NCBI GenBank assembly: GCA_964437755.1
Contig: CAYTIA010000002.1
Location: 34,107-98,106, forward strand
Length of the DNA stretch: 64,000 nucleotides
Direction of reading: 5' to 3'
Source of the DNA: an uncultured Pseudomonadales bacterium
GTDB lineage: Bacteria > Patescibacteriota > Microgenomatia > UBA1400 > PJMF01
The translations under genes and the position numbers were made by a program. Each line of letters begins with the position of its first letter. Positions within the stretch are counted from its first letter, which is position 1. Below are positions 1 to 8,280 of this stretch, in pieces. The notes under the pieces are model-generated. The model worked only from the letters and a program-made list of their open reading frames with translations, was not told where the DNA came from and did not search any database.

Positions 1-351
1 GAATATGTTCAATTTACGATCGTTTTGTTGTAGCATTTGAACAAGACGCTGGAATCATTAGATATTATCACCCCACCGCTATTTCAGGTACAAGAGTACT
101 TCTCCAGATCAGACAAGAGGAAAATTGGTAAAGTGTCGGCTTCTTCAGCCCCCATTTCGTTAGTAAGACCATACAAAATACCCGAAAAATAGAGTTAAAG
201 GCTTATGAATTATCATTAATGAGTTGCTTTCGGGTCAGGTCATTGTCACTTTGTTAGGTTAATATTTAGCTATACATTGAAGCATTAATAACTGTCCTTA
301 GCGTTCTGCGATAATAAATTACCAGGCTTTGCAAGAATAATTCTGTAATCA

Positions 352-379
352 TGCAAGAATATCTTAATCTATTCTTGCA
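352..379. repeat. Perfect 10-bp inverted repeat TGCAAGAATA / TATTCTTGCA with 8-nt spacer, plus a third direct copy at 329-339
   Basis: Read directly: ...tTTGCAAGAATAattctgtaatcaTGCAAGAATAtcttaatcTATTCTTGCAActc. Lies in a 757-bp ORF-poor region. Confidence 0.5.
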
Positions 380-757
380 ACTCAATAAGAAAATTTTAAG
401 TACCGTAATAAAGCGAAGATTAACAACTTGGAATACTTTTCTGCTGTTTTTATTTCGGCTGAGAGGATAATAATTCTTTTCATAGAATCATTAATGCACA
501 CATTAATTATAGGATTGTGATTTTATTGCCATTATTTGCTTGGTCTTTGCTGATGTGATTAAAGTTGGGTGGGGGTAGTTAGTCTAAATATGTGCTTTAA
601 TGACTAAACCTATTGATGTTAACAATGGATAGGTTGTTGACTCTCCCGTTTAGCGGTGAAGCGAGGTTTTGATGAGTGGTTTGGCTCTTATGGAAAATGA
701 GTTAGCTATGAGCAATCATTAGCGTTGTTAACTAATTAATCTTTAACTAACTCCTTC

Positions 758-2845
758 TTAGTTTGAAACTATTCCTAGTACAAGATTGTGTTGATCTAGA
801 TAGCGTTCAATTTCTAGATGATTGTCGTCATCGTGATGGTGCTGGCTTCGAATGTAGTTGGGCTTGGTAGCCTCAATCAAGAACTCTCCCTTCTTCAAGT
901 TATAACTAAAACGCCCGTTTTTGTCGGTTAAGACAGCTACTATTTTCCCCTTAATAACTTTGTTATTCTCTTCACTTGATTCAATGCTTGTTAATCGTAC
1001 TAGAGCATCTTGTACTGGTTGTCCTTTCTCATCTATTACCAAGCCCTTAATATTGGCAAATATCTTGCTCCACAACAAAAGTATCAAGCCGTACAAAACA
1101 TACAAAAAAATTAAGATTTTATTAAGATTTGTAGGCCAAAACACAACTACACAAATTATGACTAGAGTATTGATCAGGGTGGTCCAGTTTTTAAAGATGG
1201 CCACCTTATTTATCCAAATCTGAACCTTTGTTAAAAATGACCACGCTATTTTGGAGTAACCTTTTTTATCTCTTTTATCTTTTGGCACTCTCATTTCTGC
1301 CACTAGGTCATTGTCTGTTGGAATAATCAGTGACAAGTTGTCATTTTGCAATGAGACTTCTGTTAGATCTGCTTTGTAGAAATCTTCTAAAACGACCTTT
1401 TCTTTCCTATCAACTTTTGTGGGGTATTTATAATCCGGATGAGTGATTGCTATTTTATACATTTTGGCTGGCAAGTTAGTGTGAGTGTAAAGTCCAAACC
1501 TATTTGTGACAACTTGCTCATAATACGGGGGAAATCCATCTGGTTCTGATTGACTGATGGCGGTTACCGTAGCAAATGGCACTCCCAATACATCTTCAAC
1601 TCCCTCAAGCGAATAGTAATCTTGATCAAATACCCAACCCTCGTTCTCTTTCCAAGGTACTAGACCTAGTGCTACCCAGATTCTCCAAAGTTGTTTGAAA
1701 GATAGTAGGCCAGCACTACCCACTCTACGCATTAATAATAAAGTTGAGATTACAATTGGCCAGCTAGCAAGTATTAAAACAAGCCAGGGACCAAGAAAGC
1801 TCATCAATTTAGAAAACCAGGGTCTTGATGCGATTTTCCAGATGGGGGTGGGAGTGAGACGCTTTATTACCTCATGTACAATTTCTTTTGGAGGTGTGTA
1901 GGGAATCTCTATCGGAGGTTTTTCTGGAGGTCTTGTTGGCATACCTGGGGCAACCGTTGGCTCTCCTGGTTTTGGAGTTGGCGAGGCCTCGCCAACAGGA
2001 GGAATGATGATTACGGCAGAAGGAATAACAATTTTTACTCCCTCAAGTACGCTAATATGTCTGGCTTGATCGATAATCACAAAATTAAGAGTAATAATGG
2101 TATCTCTGGGTAAAATAGGTAGGGTATAACTCCAGTTTCCCTGAGAATCTATCCAGATCTCTTTGTTAATATCGTCCTGTCCTGGAATCTTAATAGTCAG
2201 CTGAACTAAACTGTTAGCTTCTCCTTTAGCAATTAACTTTGGTTCATTGGCCGAGATCTGAATTGGATCATCGGGAATGGTATTGGTATCTTGAGCTGAG
2301 ATCGAAGTGACAACATCTCCAATCTGGATTAAAACAAATGAAGGGGCTACGGAATCAACAGTAAAGCTCCAAGTGGCTGAACTAGTGGTTAAGCCAACCG
2401 CATCAACAGCCACGATTTTCCAAGTATTATTACCCTGAGGAACATCAAACTTTACATCAAGGTAGTAATAGCCAAGCTCTGAGTTATAACTAAGTTTATA
2501 TTGAGAAAAACTACCACTATTATCTAAATTATCCAAAACAAGCTTGCCGTTTAAATAAAACTGATAATGCGACATCAGCACGTTATCGGTTGATTCTCGC
2601 CACACAAACTGAGGTCGGTTGGTGTTAAGCAACTCTCCATTTTCTGGCGAAATTAGAATTGGTGCTGTTGGAGGAACAATGTCGGGCATGGTGGCACTAA
2701 CGGTTGCTCCGTGAGTGATTGGTGGAGGGAGAGTTTGTGCTTGTGCCGATGGGTGAAAAAATACTGCTCCAAATATAGTCACAATTATCGCTAAAACGAG
2801 TCTAACTGAAGGTGGGCAGGTCAACATTTTCATCAAGTCTATCAT
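758..2845 (-). CDS. Large membrane/surface protein: N-terminal signal peptide, Ig/fibronectin-like region, Pro-rich linker, polytopic TM segments, C-terminal CarboxypepD_reg-like beta-sandwich
   Basis: 695-aa ORF. N-terminal hydrophobic signal (LVLAIIVTIFGAVFF..AQAQT). Pro-rich stretch (PPVGEASPTPKPGEPTVAPGMPTRPPEKPP). Several predicted TM helices. C-terminal LVIDEKGQPVQDALVRL...NGRFSY segment resembles the carboxypeptidase regulatory-like domain. Confidence 0.55.
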   Translation of the reverse strand: MIDLMKMLTCPPSVRLVLAIIVTIFGAVFFHPSAQAQTLPPPITHGATVSATMPDIVPPTAPILISPENGELLNTNRPQFVWRESTDNVLMSHYQFYLNGKLVLDNLDNSGSFSQYKLSYNSELGYYYLDVKFDVPQGNNTWKIVAVDAVGLTTSSATWSFTVDSVAPSFVLIQIGDVVTSISAQDTNTIPDDPIQISANEPKLIAKGEANSLVQLTIKIPGQDDINKEIWIDSQGNWSYTLPILPRDTIITLNFVIIDQARHISVLEGVKIVIPSAVIIIPPVGEASPTPKPGEPTVAPGMPTRPPEKPPIEIPYTPPKEIVHEVIKRLTPTPIWKIASRPWFSKLMSFLGPWLVLILASWPIVISTLLLMRRVGSAGLLSFKQLWRIWVALGLVPWKENEGWVFDQDYYSLEGVEDVLGVPFATVTAISQSEPDGFPPYYEQVVTNRFGLYTHTNLPAKMYKIAITHPDYKYPTKVDRKEKVVLEDFYKADLTEVSLQNDNLSLIIPTDNDLVAEMRVPKDKRDKKGYSKIAWSFLTKVQIWINKVAIFKNWTTLINTLVIICVVVFWPTNLNKILIFLYVLYGLILLLWSKIFANIKGLVIDEKGQPVQDALVRLTSIESSEENNKVIKGKIVAVLTDKNGRFSYNLKKGEFLIEATKPNYIRSQHHHDDDNHLEIERYLDQHNLVLGIVSN

Positions 2846-2904
2846 AACAAAAAAGGCAATGATTAACTCATTGCCTTTTGGATTTAAACGAATTTATATA
2901 CTAC

Positions 2905-3921
2905 CTATTTCTTTAACTCTGGTTCTTGTTTGCTTTGATCTAATTCCATCTGTAACTCTCTCACTTTTTCTTGTTCAAGCTGATACTTCTTTTCTGCATG
3001 GCGCTTGATAGCCATCACGATAGCTGCAATCAGCACACCTCCAAAGAAGATGGAAAGAATAATTCTAACAGGAATGATCCAGAAGCTAGCAGTATCAACA
3101 ATTACTTGACCAGTATCGCCATAACTGGCGGTTAGTTTAGCAGTATAAAGACCGAATCCCCAAATCTTGTCCCATTTGCCGGCAAAATCTCTACTATTTA
3201 AAGGGAAAACGTTTTGAGGCTCAACCTCAATTGAGTCAGATTTTTGACCAAGCATGTTAAAGATATCGATGCTCATGCGGGGTCGAATGTGAATGTCAGA
3301 TTGATTGCGGATAGTGAAAGAGTAGGGCACAGGGCCAAACTCTTGAAATTTATTGAACTTAAACTCTCTGATGTAGGCTTCCTCATTGATTGGTCCATCA
3401 ACAACTACGTAAAACAAAGTACCCACTCTTTGAGTGACTCCAGTACCAGAACCTTCTGCTTGAGTGATATCATCTGGATTAGCTGGTTCATGTAAAACCA
3501 TGGCATATCGTCCTCCTGGCATAGCGTCCTCAGGAATCTCGATTACCACTGCCATCTCTGCTGTTTCTTTTGGAGCAAGAGTATGCTTGTTAGGAACGAT
3601 AGTCATCCAGTGAGCCAAGCTCCAGCGGTTGGTAACACTTTCCTGTACAGGAATTGGGGTTCTGCCGTCTTCCTTGACAATAAAATCTAGAGCGTAAGAA
3701 CGCAGGGTCATGGTTTTATTAGTTGCGTTGCGGATACGAACGGTGGTCTGGATTGTTTCTCCTGGCGCGGCGCGAAGCTGGCCCTCATCACCAGCTCTTG
3801 GTGGCATAACTACCAGTGAAACGGCATCTGCTACATTACTTGTTTGCGCTTTTGCAGGTTTGATTCTGGCAATCGCAATCAACGAAAGTACAATAAAAAA
3901 GGCAAGAAGTGTTTTTTTCAT
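2905..3921 (-). CDS. Cell-surface protein: signal peptide plus C-terminal TM anchor, architecture resembling DUF916/DUF3324 (WxL-locus) surface proteins
   Basis: 338 aa. Signal peptide MKKTLLAFFIVLSLIAIARIKPAKAQ. Single C-terminal TM (IILSIFFGGVLIAAIVMAI) followed by a charged tail. Paralogous in architecture to 5530..6576. Confidence 0.5.
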   Translation of the reverse strand: MKKTLLAFFIVLSLIAIARIKPAKAQTSNVADAVSLVVMPPRAGDEGQLRAAPGETIQTTVRIRNATNKTMTLRSYALDFIVKEDGRTPIPVQESVTNRWSLAHWMTIVPNKHTLAPKETAEMAVVIEIPEDAMPGGRYAMVLHEPANPDDITQAEGSGTGVTQRVGTLFYVVVDGPINEEAYIREFKFNKFQEFGPVPYSFTIRNQSDIHIRPRMSIDIFNMLGQKSDSIEVEPQNVFPLNSRDFAGKWDKIWGFGLYTAKLTASYGDTGQVIVDTASFWIIPVRIILSIFFGGVLIAAIVMAIKRHAEKKYQLEQEKVRELQMELDQSKQEPELKK

Positions 3922-3949
3922 GAGCAGGCTTGTATTTTTTGTTTGTTAA

Positions 3950-5407
3950 TTAAAAAGTAGCTGTAGCTGTATAAGTAATATAGTTGTAGTAGTCACCGGC
4001 GGCGGTTAGGGCATCGGCGATGATTCTGTAACAGGCATAAATACTGTCGCTATTGGTTGGAGTACTTGGCCCAAACACATCAACGGGATCTTGTGCTGAT
4101 TCAAAATCAGCAAAGTGTCTGGCCACGAAAGTTCCGCCAACATTGTATTCAAAAGCAGGATTATCGCTGTCAATGTTTTCGATTGAGTAACCAAAACCAG
4201 TTTCTGTTTCGACGGTCCAATCTTGTTCTACGGTATGAGACATGCTGGCTACATTCGCATCCCATATACACTCAAAAGCATCAACTCCAGCGTTATAAGT
4301 ATCGCCGGCGCAGACTTCACCATTTCTACCAAGTTGATCATTGGCAATGGCAGTAACGACGGCACCGCTTAGAGCATTAGTGGTAACTTTTAGTTCTTGA
4401 GATCCATATTTGAAATCACCGGTGTTAATTTCCCCAAAAGGAACGCTGCTGCCGGTGGTAGTAATATCGGTTGTTTCACCGCATCTGGTTGCTCCGGCGG
4501 TTTCACCAATAATTTCAAAAGTGAGTGAGGGAACAACAGTAGCGCTGACGCGAACTGCTTCAATGGCGCCAATTTTTACAGTAGTTGAGTCAATTACTGC
4601 GTTGTCAGAAGTTCTTACATTGCGAACAACAACCTCATAAGTATCAGCAATACCTGTAATATGACCTGCCGCTGGGGCTGGATTGATGATGGTAGGAATA
4701 CCGATGGTGATGGTTCCACCGGTGCCACCCGTTGTGTAAGGGCAAGTATAAACGTGCCAATAACCCGTGGGAAGAATGCCTCCAGTTTGACCAGCAGAAG
4801 CAGTTGGGGTGCCAAAGGTATGAGAACCAGTTTTTTCGCAGGATACGGTTGGAGAGCCAGTACCAAAATCAAAATAAGCCTGATCAGGGATGCCATCTGC
4901 ACTAGTAGCACTAGTGCCAGTTGCTGGTACCAATACTTGAAAGTAACCTGCTGTAACATCTGTATTTGTGTCAAAAACTACCTCCAGAGCACTTGTTTCA
5001 GCAAGATAAAAAGTTTCATTGGTGGTAGCAATAGCAGAATCAATGGCAATGGTGTTAGTATCAACAACGTCAGCAATGGTTCTTGCTCCTGAAGTAGTAA
5101 AGGTTAGAGAGTCAGTAACTTTTAATGCATCTGTAATTTCTGTGTTGAGATTAACTGTGTAATCAGTAATTGCGGGTGAGTCAATAACTATATCCATAAT
5201 GGTATCTGACCCCGGAGTACCACTAACTCGTCCTCGATAAGAAACCCTTGAATTGCTCATTGTAACTGATACAGAAGTAAGGTTTGCTGCCTGTGGCTTG
5301 TTAAGATAGGCTAGCCAGGTTAATCCTACAACTAATAGAGCAAGTGATACGAGGCGAAAATAGAGGGGTTTGACTTCAGTCATGATGTTGTTAGTTAAAT
5401 AAAACAA
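3950..5407 (-). CDS. Secreted Thr/Gly/Ser-rich surface protein (hypothetical)
   Basis: 485 aa. N-terminal TM/signal (LVSLALLVVGLTWLAY). Very Thr/Gly/Ala/Ser-rich mature region with scattered Cys pairs. No recognisable catalytic motifs. Confidence 0.5.
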   Translation of the reverse strand: MFYLTNNIMTEVKPLYFRLVSLALLVVGLTWLAYLNKPQAANLTSVSVTMSNSRVSYRGRVSGTPGSDTIMDIVIDSPAITDYTVNLNTEITDALKVTDSLTFTTSGARTIADVVDTNTIAIDSAIATTNETFYLAETSALEVVFDTNTDVTAGYFQVLVPATGTSATSADGIPDQAYFDFGTGSPTVSCEKTGSHTFGTPTASAGQTGGILPTGYWHVYTCPYTTGGTGGTITIGIPTIINPAPAAGHITGIADTYEVVVRNVRTSDNAVIDSTTVKIGAIEAVRVSATVVPSLTFEIIGETAGATRCGETTDITTTGSSVPFGEINTGDFKYGSQELKVTTNALSGAVVTAIANDQLGRNGEVCAGDTYNAGVDAFECIWDANVASMSHTVEQDWTVETETGFGYSIENIDSDNPAFEYNVGGTFVARHFADFESAQDPVDVFGPSTPTNSDSIYACYRIIADALTAAGDYYNYITYTATATF

Positions 5408-5529
5408 ACGATAATTTTAAAGCTCTTTTATAAGCTACTTGATAGGGCAATCCAACCCTAAATACACTTAAGTACTACTACGAATATTATTAACAGGATC
5501 TTTTGATAAGTGCAAGAGATAATTTGTAT

Positions 5530-6576
5530 TTACCTTACTCTTTTTACGATCTGCTTCCAACCCCAGTGCATCATCCAGCCCAAACCAACTAAAACCACAA
5601 GTGAAAACGGCAGAGCAATTATGCTTTTGGTTTGGGTCTGTTCACCAACCACAAAATGAGCTTCATAGAGGCCAATCATCAACGGAGGTTTGTAATGAAA
5701 CTGAGTAAAAAGTGTGTCTACTTTTTCTGGATCAAGTAAGCCCTCGGCATCTAACATATCAGAATTTAGTTTGGTACCTCTTACCATTCTTGTGGAGTTG
5801 GCCAAAACAAAATCAGGATAAAAAATGTACTCAACAATGCTTTGTTTGAAAATATTTTTAATGGTGGCGGAACCTTGAATCAGGGTGGCGGTATTGCCGG
5901 TGTTTTCTGCTAAAACATCAAAGCGAATGCCGGTAAAACTGTCAATAAACAGTGGCATGTTGAGATTGGCAATACCGAGTTTTCCCTGATTGGACTCGCT
6001 TTCACCTATGTAGACGATTAAGTTGCTAACGACGGTTCCTGCGACTTGGCTTGAGCTATTATCCTGATTGCTGTCGGCGTTTTCACTAGAAGCTAAACTA
6101 CGAGCATTGACCATTATTGCCAGAGGGTACTCTTTTTCTGATGCTACATCATTAACATCAATTTGTAAGCTGATACTGTGATTTTTTCCTGGTTGTAAAA
6201 CAAATGACTCTCCAAACTGTAAGTCTGGGTTTGCAGTTCGATTAAAGATTTTTCCAGGCTGAAGTACTGGTTGTCCTGTTTTTCCATCAGCCTTAAAGTC
6301 AGTAATGTTGACCGAAATTTCAAGTGGTTCTTTGCCATGGTTTTTAACAACCAAAGTATGCTTGAGTTTTTCTGATGGTTTAACAGCTACATAAGCAACC
6401 GGTGGATGAACTGAGAGCGAAAGTGCAGCACTATTAGGAACAACAACCTCTTCATCTTGGTTTTGATTCGTTGTTTGCTGAGCATTGACTTGAGGAAAAG
6501 ATTGCTGGCTAAAAAGAATAATAAGCCCCACAACAAAAGTTGTAGCGATAGTATTAATAAACTTTCTTTTCTTCAT
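5530..6576 (-). CDS. Cell-surface protein, paralog of 2905..3921 (signal peptide plus C-terminal TM anchor)
   Basis: 348 aa. Signal peptide MKKRKFINTIATTFVVGLIILFS. C-terminal hydrophobic segment LPFSLVVLVGLGWMMHW followed by basic tail KQIVKRVR. Ig-like N-terminal region similar in pattern to 2905..3921. Confidence 0.5.
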   Translation of the reverse strand: MKKRKFINTIATTFVVGLIILFSQQSFPQVNAQQTTNQNQDEEVVVPNSAALSLSVHPPVAYVAVKPSEKLKHTLVVKNHGKEPLEISVNITDFKADGKTGQPVLQPGKIFNRTANPDLQFGESFVLQPGKNHSISLQIDVNDVASEKEYPLAIMVNARSLASSENADSNQDNSSSQVAGTVVSNLIVYIGESESNQGKLGIANLNMPLFIDSFTGIRFDVLAENTGNTATLIQGSATIKNIFKQSIVEYIFYPDFVLANSTRMVRGTKLNSDMLDAEGLLDPEKVDTLFTQFHYKPPLMIGLYEAHFVVGEQTQTKSIIALPFSLVVLVGLGWMMHWGWKQIVKRVR

Positions 6577-6579
6577 ATA

Positions 6580-7380
6580 TTAATAGCCTGGAACGGCAAT
6601 ATAAATAATTCCAGTTTGATATCGACCTGAAGTTTGTGAGGCATCAACCCCAGCCTTATAGGTGATGAGTGCTTGTTCATTTCTAGCGATAACGTCACTA
6701 TTCATTACAACTTGCATTGTTCCTCCTTGACTTGCATCAGCAAATGGGCGAAAACACTCATCATCGCTACTACAGTCCAGGTTACCTGCAGCAGTAAAAT
6801 CATCGCTAACAGTATTTCCTTGAGCGTTATAACCAAAGCCGGCGACAGACTCATTGATCCAGGGTTTGGCTAGATTGACAGCACAGGTGCCCGAGTCGCA
6901 CTCGGTGTCGGGAATCCAGTCAAGTCCTCCGTGATGAGCTAAGCGATGCTGTTCATAAGCATAAACAGTGTATCCGCCAGCACCGCGAGTACTAATGGTT
7001 AAAGTATTTTGAGCACTAGCATGAATTCCTGGTACTAAGTATCCCAATTCCAAATCTGTGTCAGAAATAGAAAAGGCAAAATCTCCAATTTGATAGATAT
7101 ATTGAAAACCGGCTCCAACAAAGTATGTGCTGCCACCGGCTCCATAATCTCCATAAGGGCCAGCGGCGGTTTGTCCTAAAGTGTAGCTTACATTATATAA
7201 GGAGCCTTCTCGTTTTCCTGCTCCCATATTAAAGTTGCCAAACTGAATTACATAAGTTGCGCTTTCAAGGCGCTCGGCTAGTGAGGTTGGAGGTGAGAGT
7301 AGAGCTCCAACTATTAACAATAAGAAAAATGTTAAAAAAATAGTGGCTCGTGACCACTGATGAACTAGCATTCTTCTCAT
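6580..7380 (-). CDS. Secreted Cys-rich protein (hypothetical)
   Basis: ORF 6580..7410. The likely true start is Met at 7380 (MRRMLVHQWSRATIFLTFFLLLIVGALL signal). That start forms an ATGA start/stop overlap with the upstream gene. Gly/Tyr-rich, with several Cys pairs (CDSGTC, CSSDDEC). Confidence 0.5.
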   Translation of the reverse strand: MRRMLVHQWSRATIFLTFFLLLIVGALLSPPTSLAERLESATYVIQFGNFNMGAGKREGSLYNVSYTLGQTAAGPYGDYGAGGSTYFVGAGFQYIYQIGDFAFSISDTDLELGYLVPGIHASAQNTLTISTRGAGGYTVYAYEQHRLAHHGGLDWIPDTECDSGTCAVNLAKPWINESVAGFGYNAQGNTVSDDFTAAGNLDCSSDDECFRPFADASQGGTMQVVMNSDVIARNEQALITYKAGVDASQTSGRYQTGIIYIAVPGY

Positions 7381-8138
7381 TGAGTGTTGCTTTTTTGTTT
7401 TGACAGCCATTCTTTTAGTTTCTCCAGTTCGACTCTAATAAGCATTAACTGCCCTTTTACTGCATCATGGTTTTGCGGAAACTGCATCATTTGGATGGTT
7501 TGATCTAACTTTGGTTGTAAAAATCCAAACAAAAATCCATCAAAATATTTTAGCCAATCCCAAGTGGTGTTTTCTGCATGATTTAGCTCATCTTCCTTTT
7601 GATCCAAAAAAATCTTGTAGCTATGAACCTCATTGTGTTCAATTTCTACCAAAGTTTGTTTTTCTTTGGCTTGCTCATATTGATACTTAGCAAATAAAAA
7701 GAAAACCATTATCAGAGGAATGCTGATTAAATTTGAAAAATCAGCCTTGGAGCTGACTGCTGGATTCAGGGCATAGAAAAATAACAGGGTAAGCAGGGTG
7801 GTGGCGATTGAGGTCCAGCGTTCCATTGTCATCGATACAAAAAATAGATAAACAAATACCAGCGGAAAAAAGATTGAGGATATGCCTCCAGTTGCCCCGA
7901 TCAAGATTAAAAAAGCAAAGGTGACTAGCACCATCTCGTCAACGGCGGTGGTGGGTAAAATTTCCCAGACAGCGGCTTCATTAAGTTTTTTTAAAATGAA
8001 ATAGAGAACAAAACAGGCGCCAAAAGCTTGGAGCGAGTATTGAGCAAGTGAGGGAAATGACAGCCAAAGATAAGCGACCACAATTGAGACCGATAATGCG
8101 AGAGATTGGGCAAGAACTTTTCTAACTTGGTTCGTCAT
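7377..8138 (-). CDS. Polytopic membrane protein (hypothetical)
   Basis: 253 aa with about 5 predicted TM helices and a charged C-terminal tail. First gene of the minus-strand surface-protein operon. Stop TGA overlaps the next start (ATGA). Confidence 0.5.
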   Translation of the reverse strand: MTNQVRKVLAQSLALSVSIVVAYLWLSFPSLAQYSLQAFGACFVLYFILKKLNEAAVWEILPTTAVDEMVLVTFAFLILIGATGGISSIFFPLVFVYLFFVSMTMERWTSIATTLLTLLFFYALNPAVSSKADFSNLISIPLIMVFFLFAKYQYEQAKEKQTLVEIEHNEVHSYKIFLDQKEDELNHAENTTWDWLKYFDGFLFGFLQPKLDQTIQMMQFPQNHDAVKGQLMLIRVELEKLKEWLSKQKSNTQ

Positions 8139-8280
8139 GGGCAGCAGCTGTTGATATAAAAATATAGTAGGATTATATCAACTATAACCTAGTTGAGTTG
8201 TGTAGACAATTGGAGGTCGCTGTTTTTTATAATTACTTGCGTGATACAATCATATACTCGGAGAAATTATTTTTTTATGT

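Noticed and set aside
1-36. Possible 5' end of a minus-strand gene running out of the window (ATG at 36-34)
   Set aside because: Only 12 codons are visible. It cannot be supported.
351-485. 44-codon ORF overlapping the TGCAAGAATA palindromes
   Set aside because: Short, AT-rich, with no RBS. More likely non-coding regulatory sequence.
921-5092. Numerous 60-140-aa ORFs antisense to or nested within larger genes (for example 921-1223, 1695-2113, 3244-3495, 4057-4356, 4615-4974, 4661-5092)
   Set aside because: They lie entirely within longer, better-supported ORFs on the opposite strand or in other frames, and have low-complexity composition. Treated as spurious, like the similar nested ORFs elsewhere in the track.
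8139-8280. Leu-codon leader peptide or T-box upstream of leuS, analogous to the thrS leader
   Set aside because: The only upstream mini-ORF has scattered Leu codons and no terminator/antiterminator pair. The region is a short divergent promoter.
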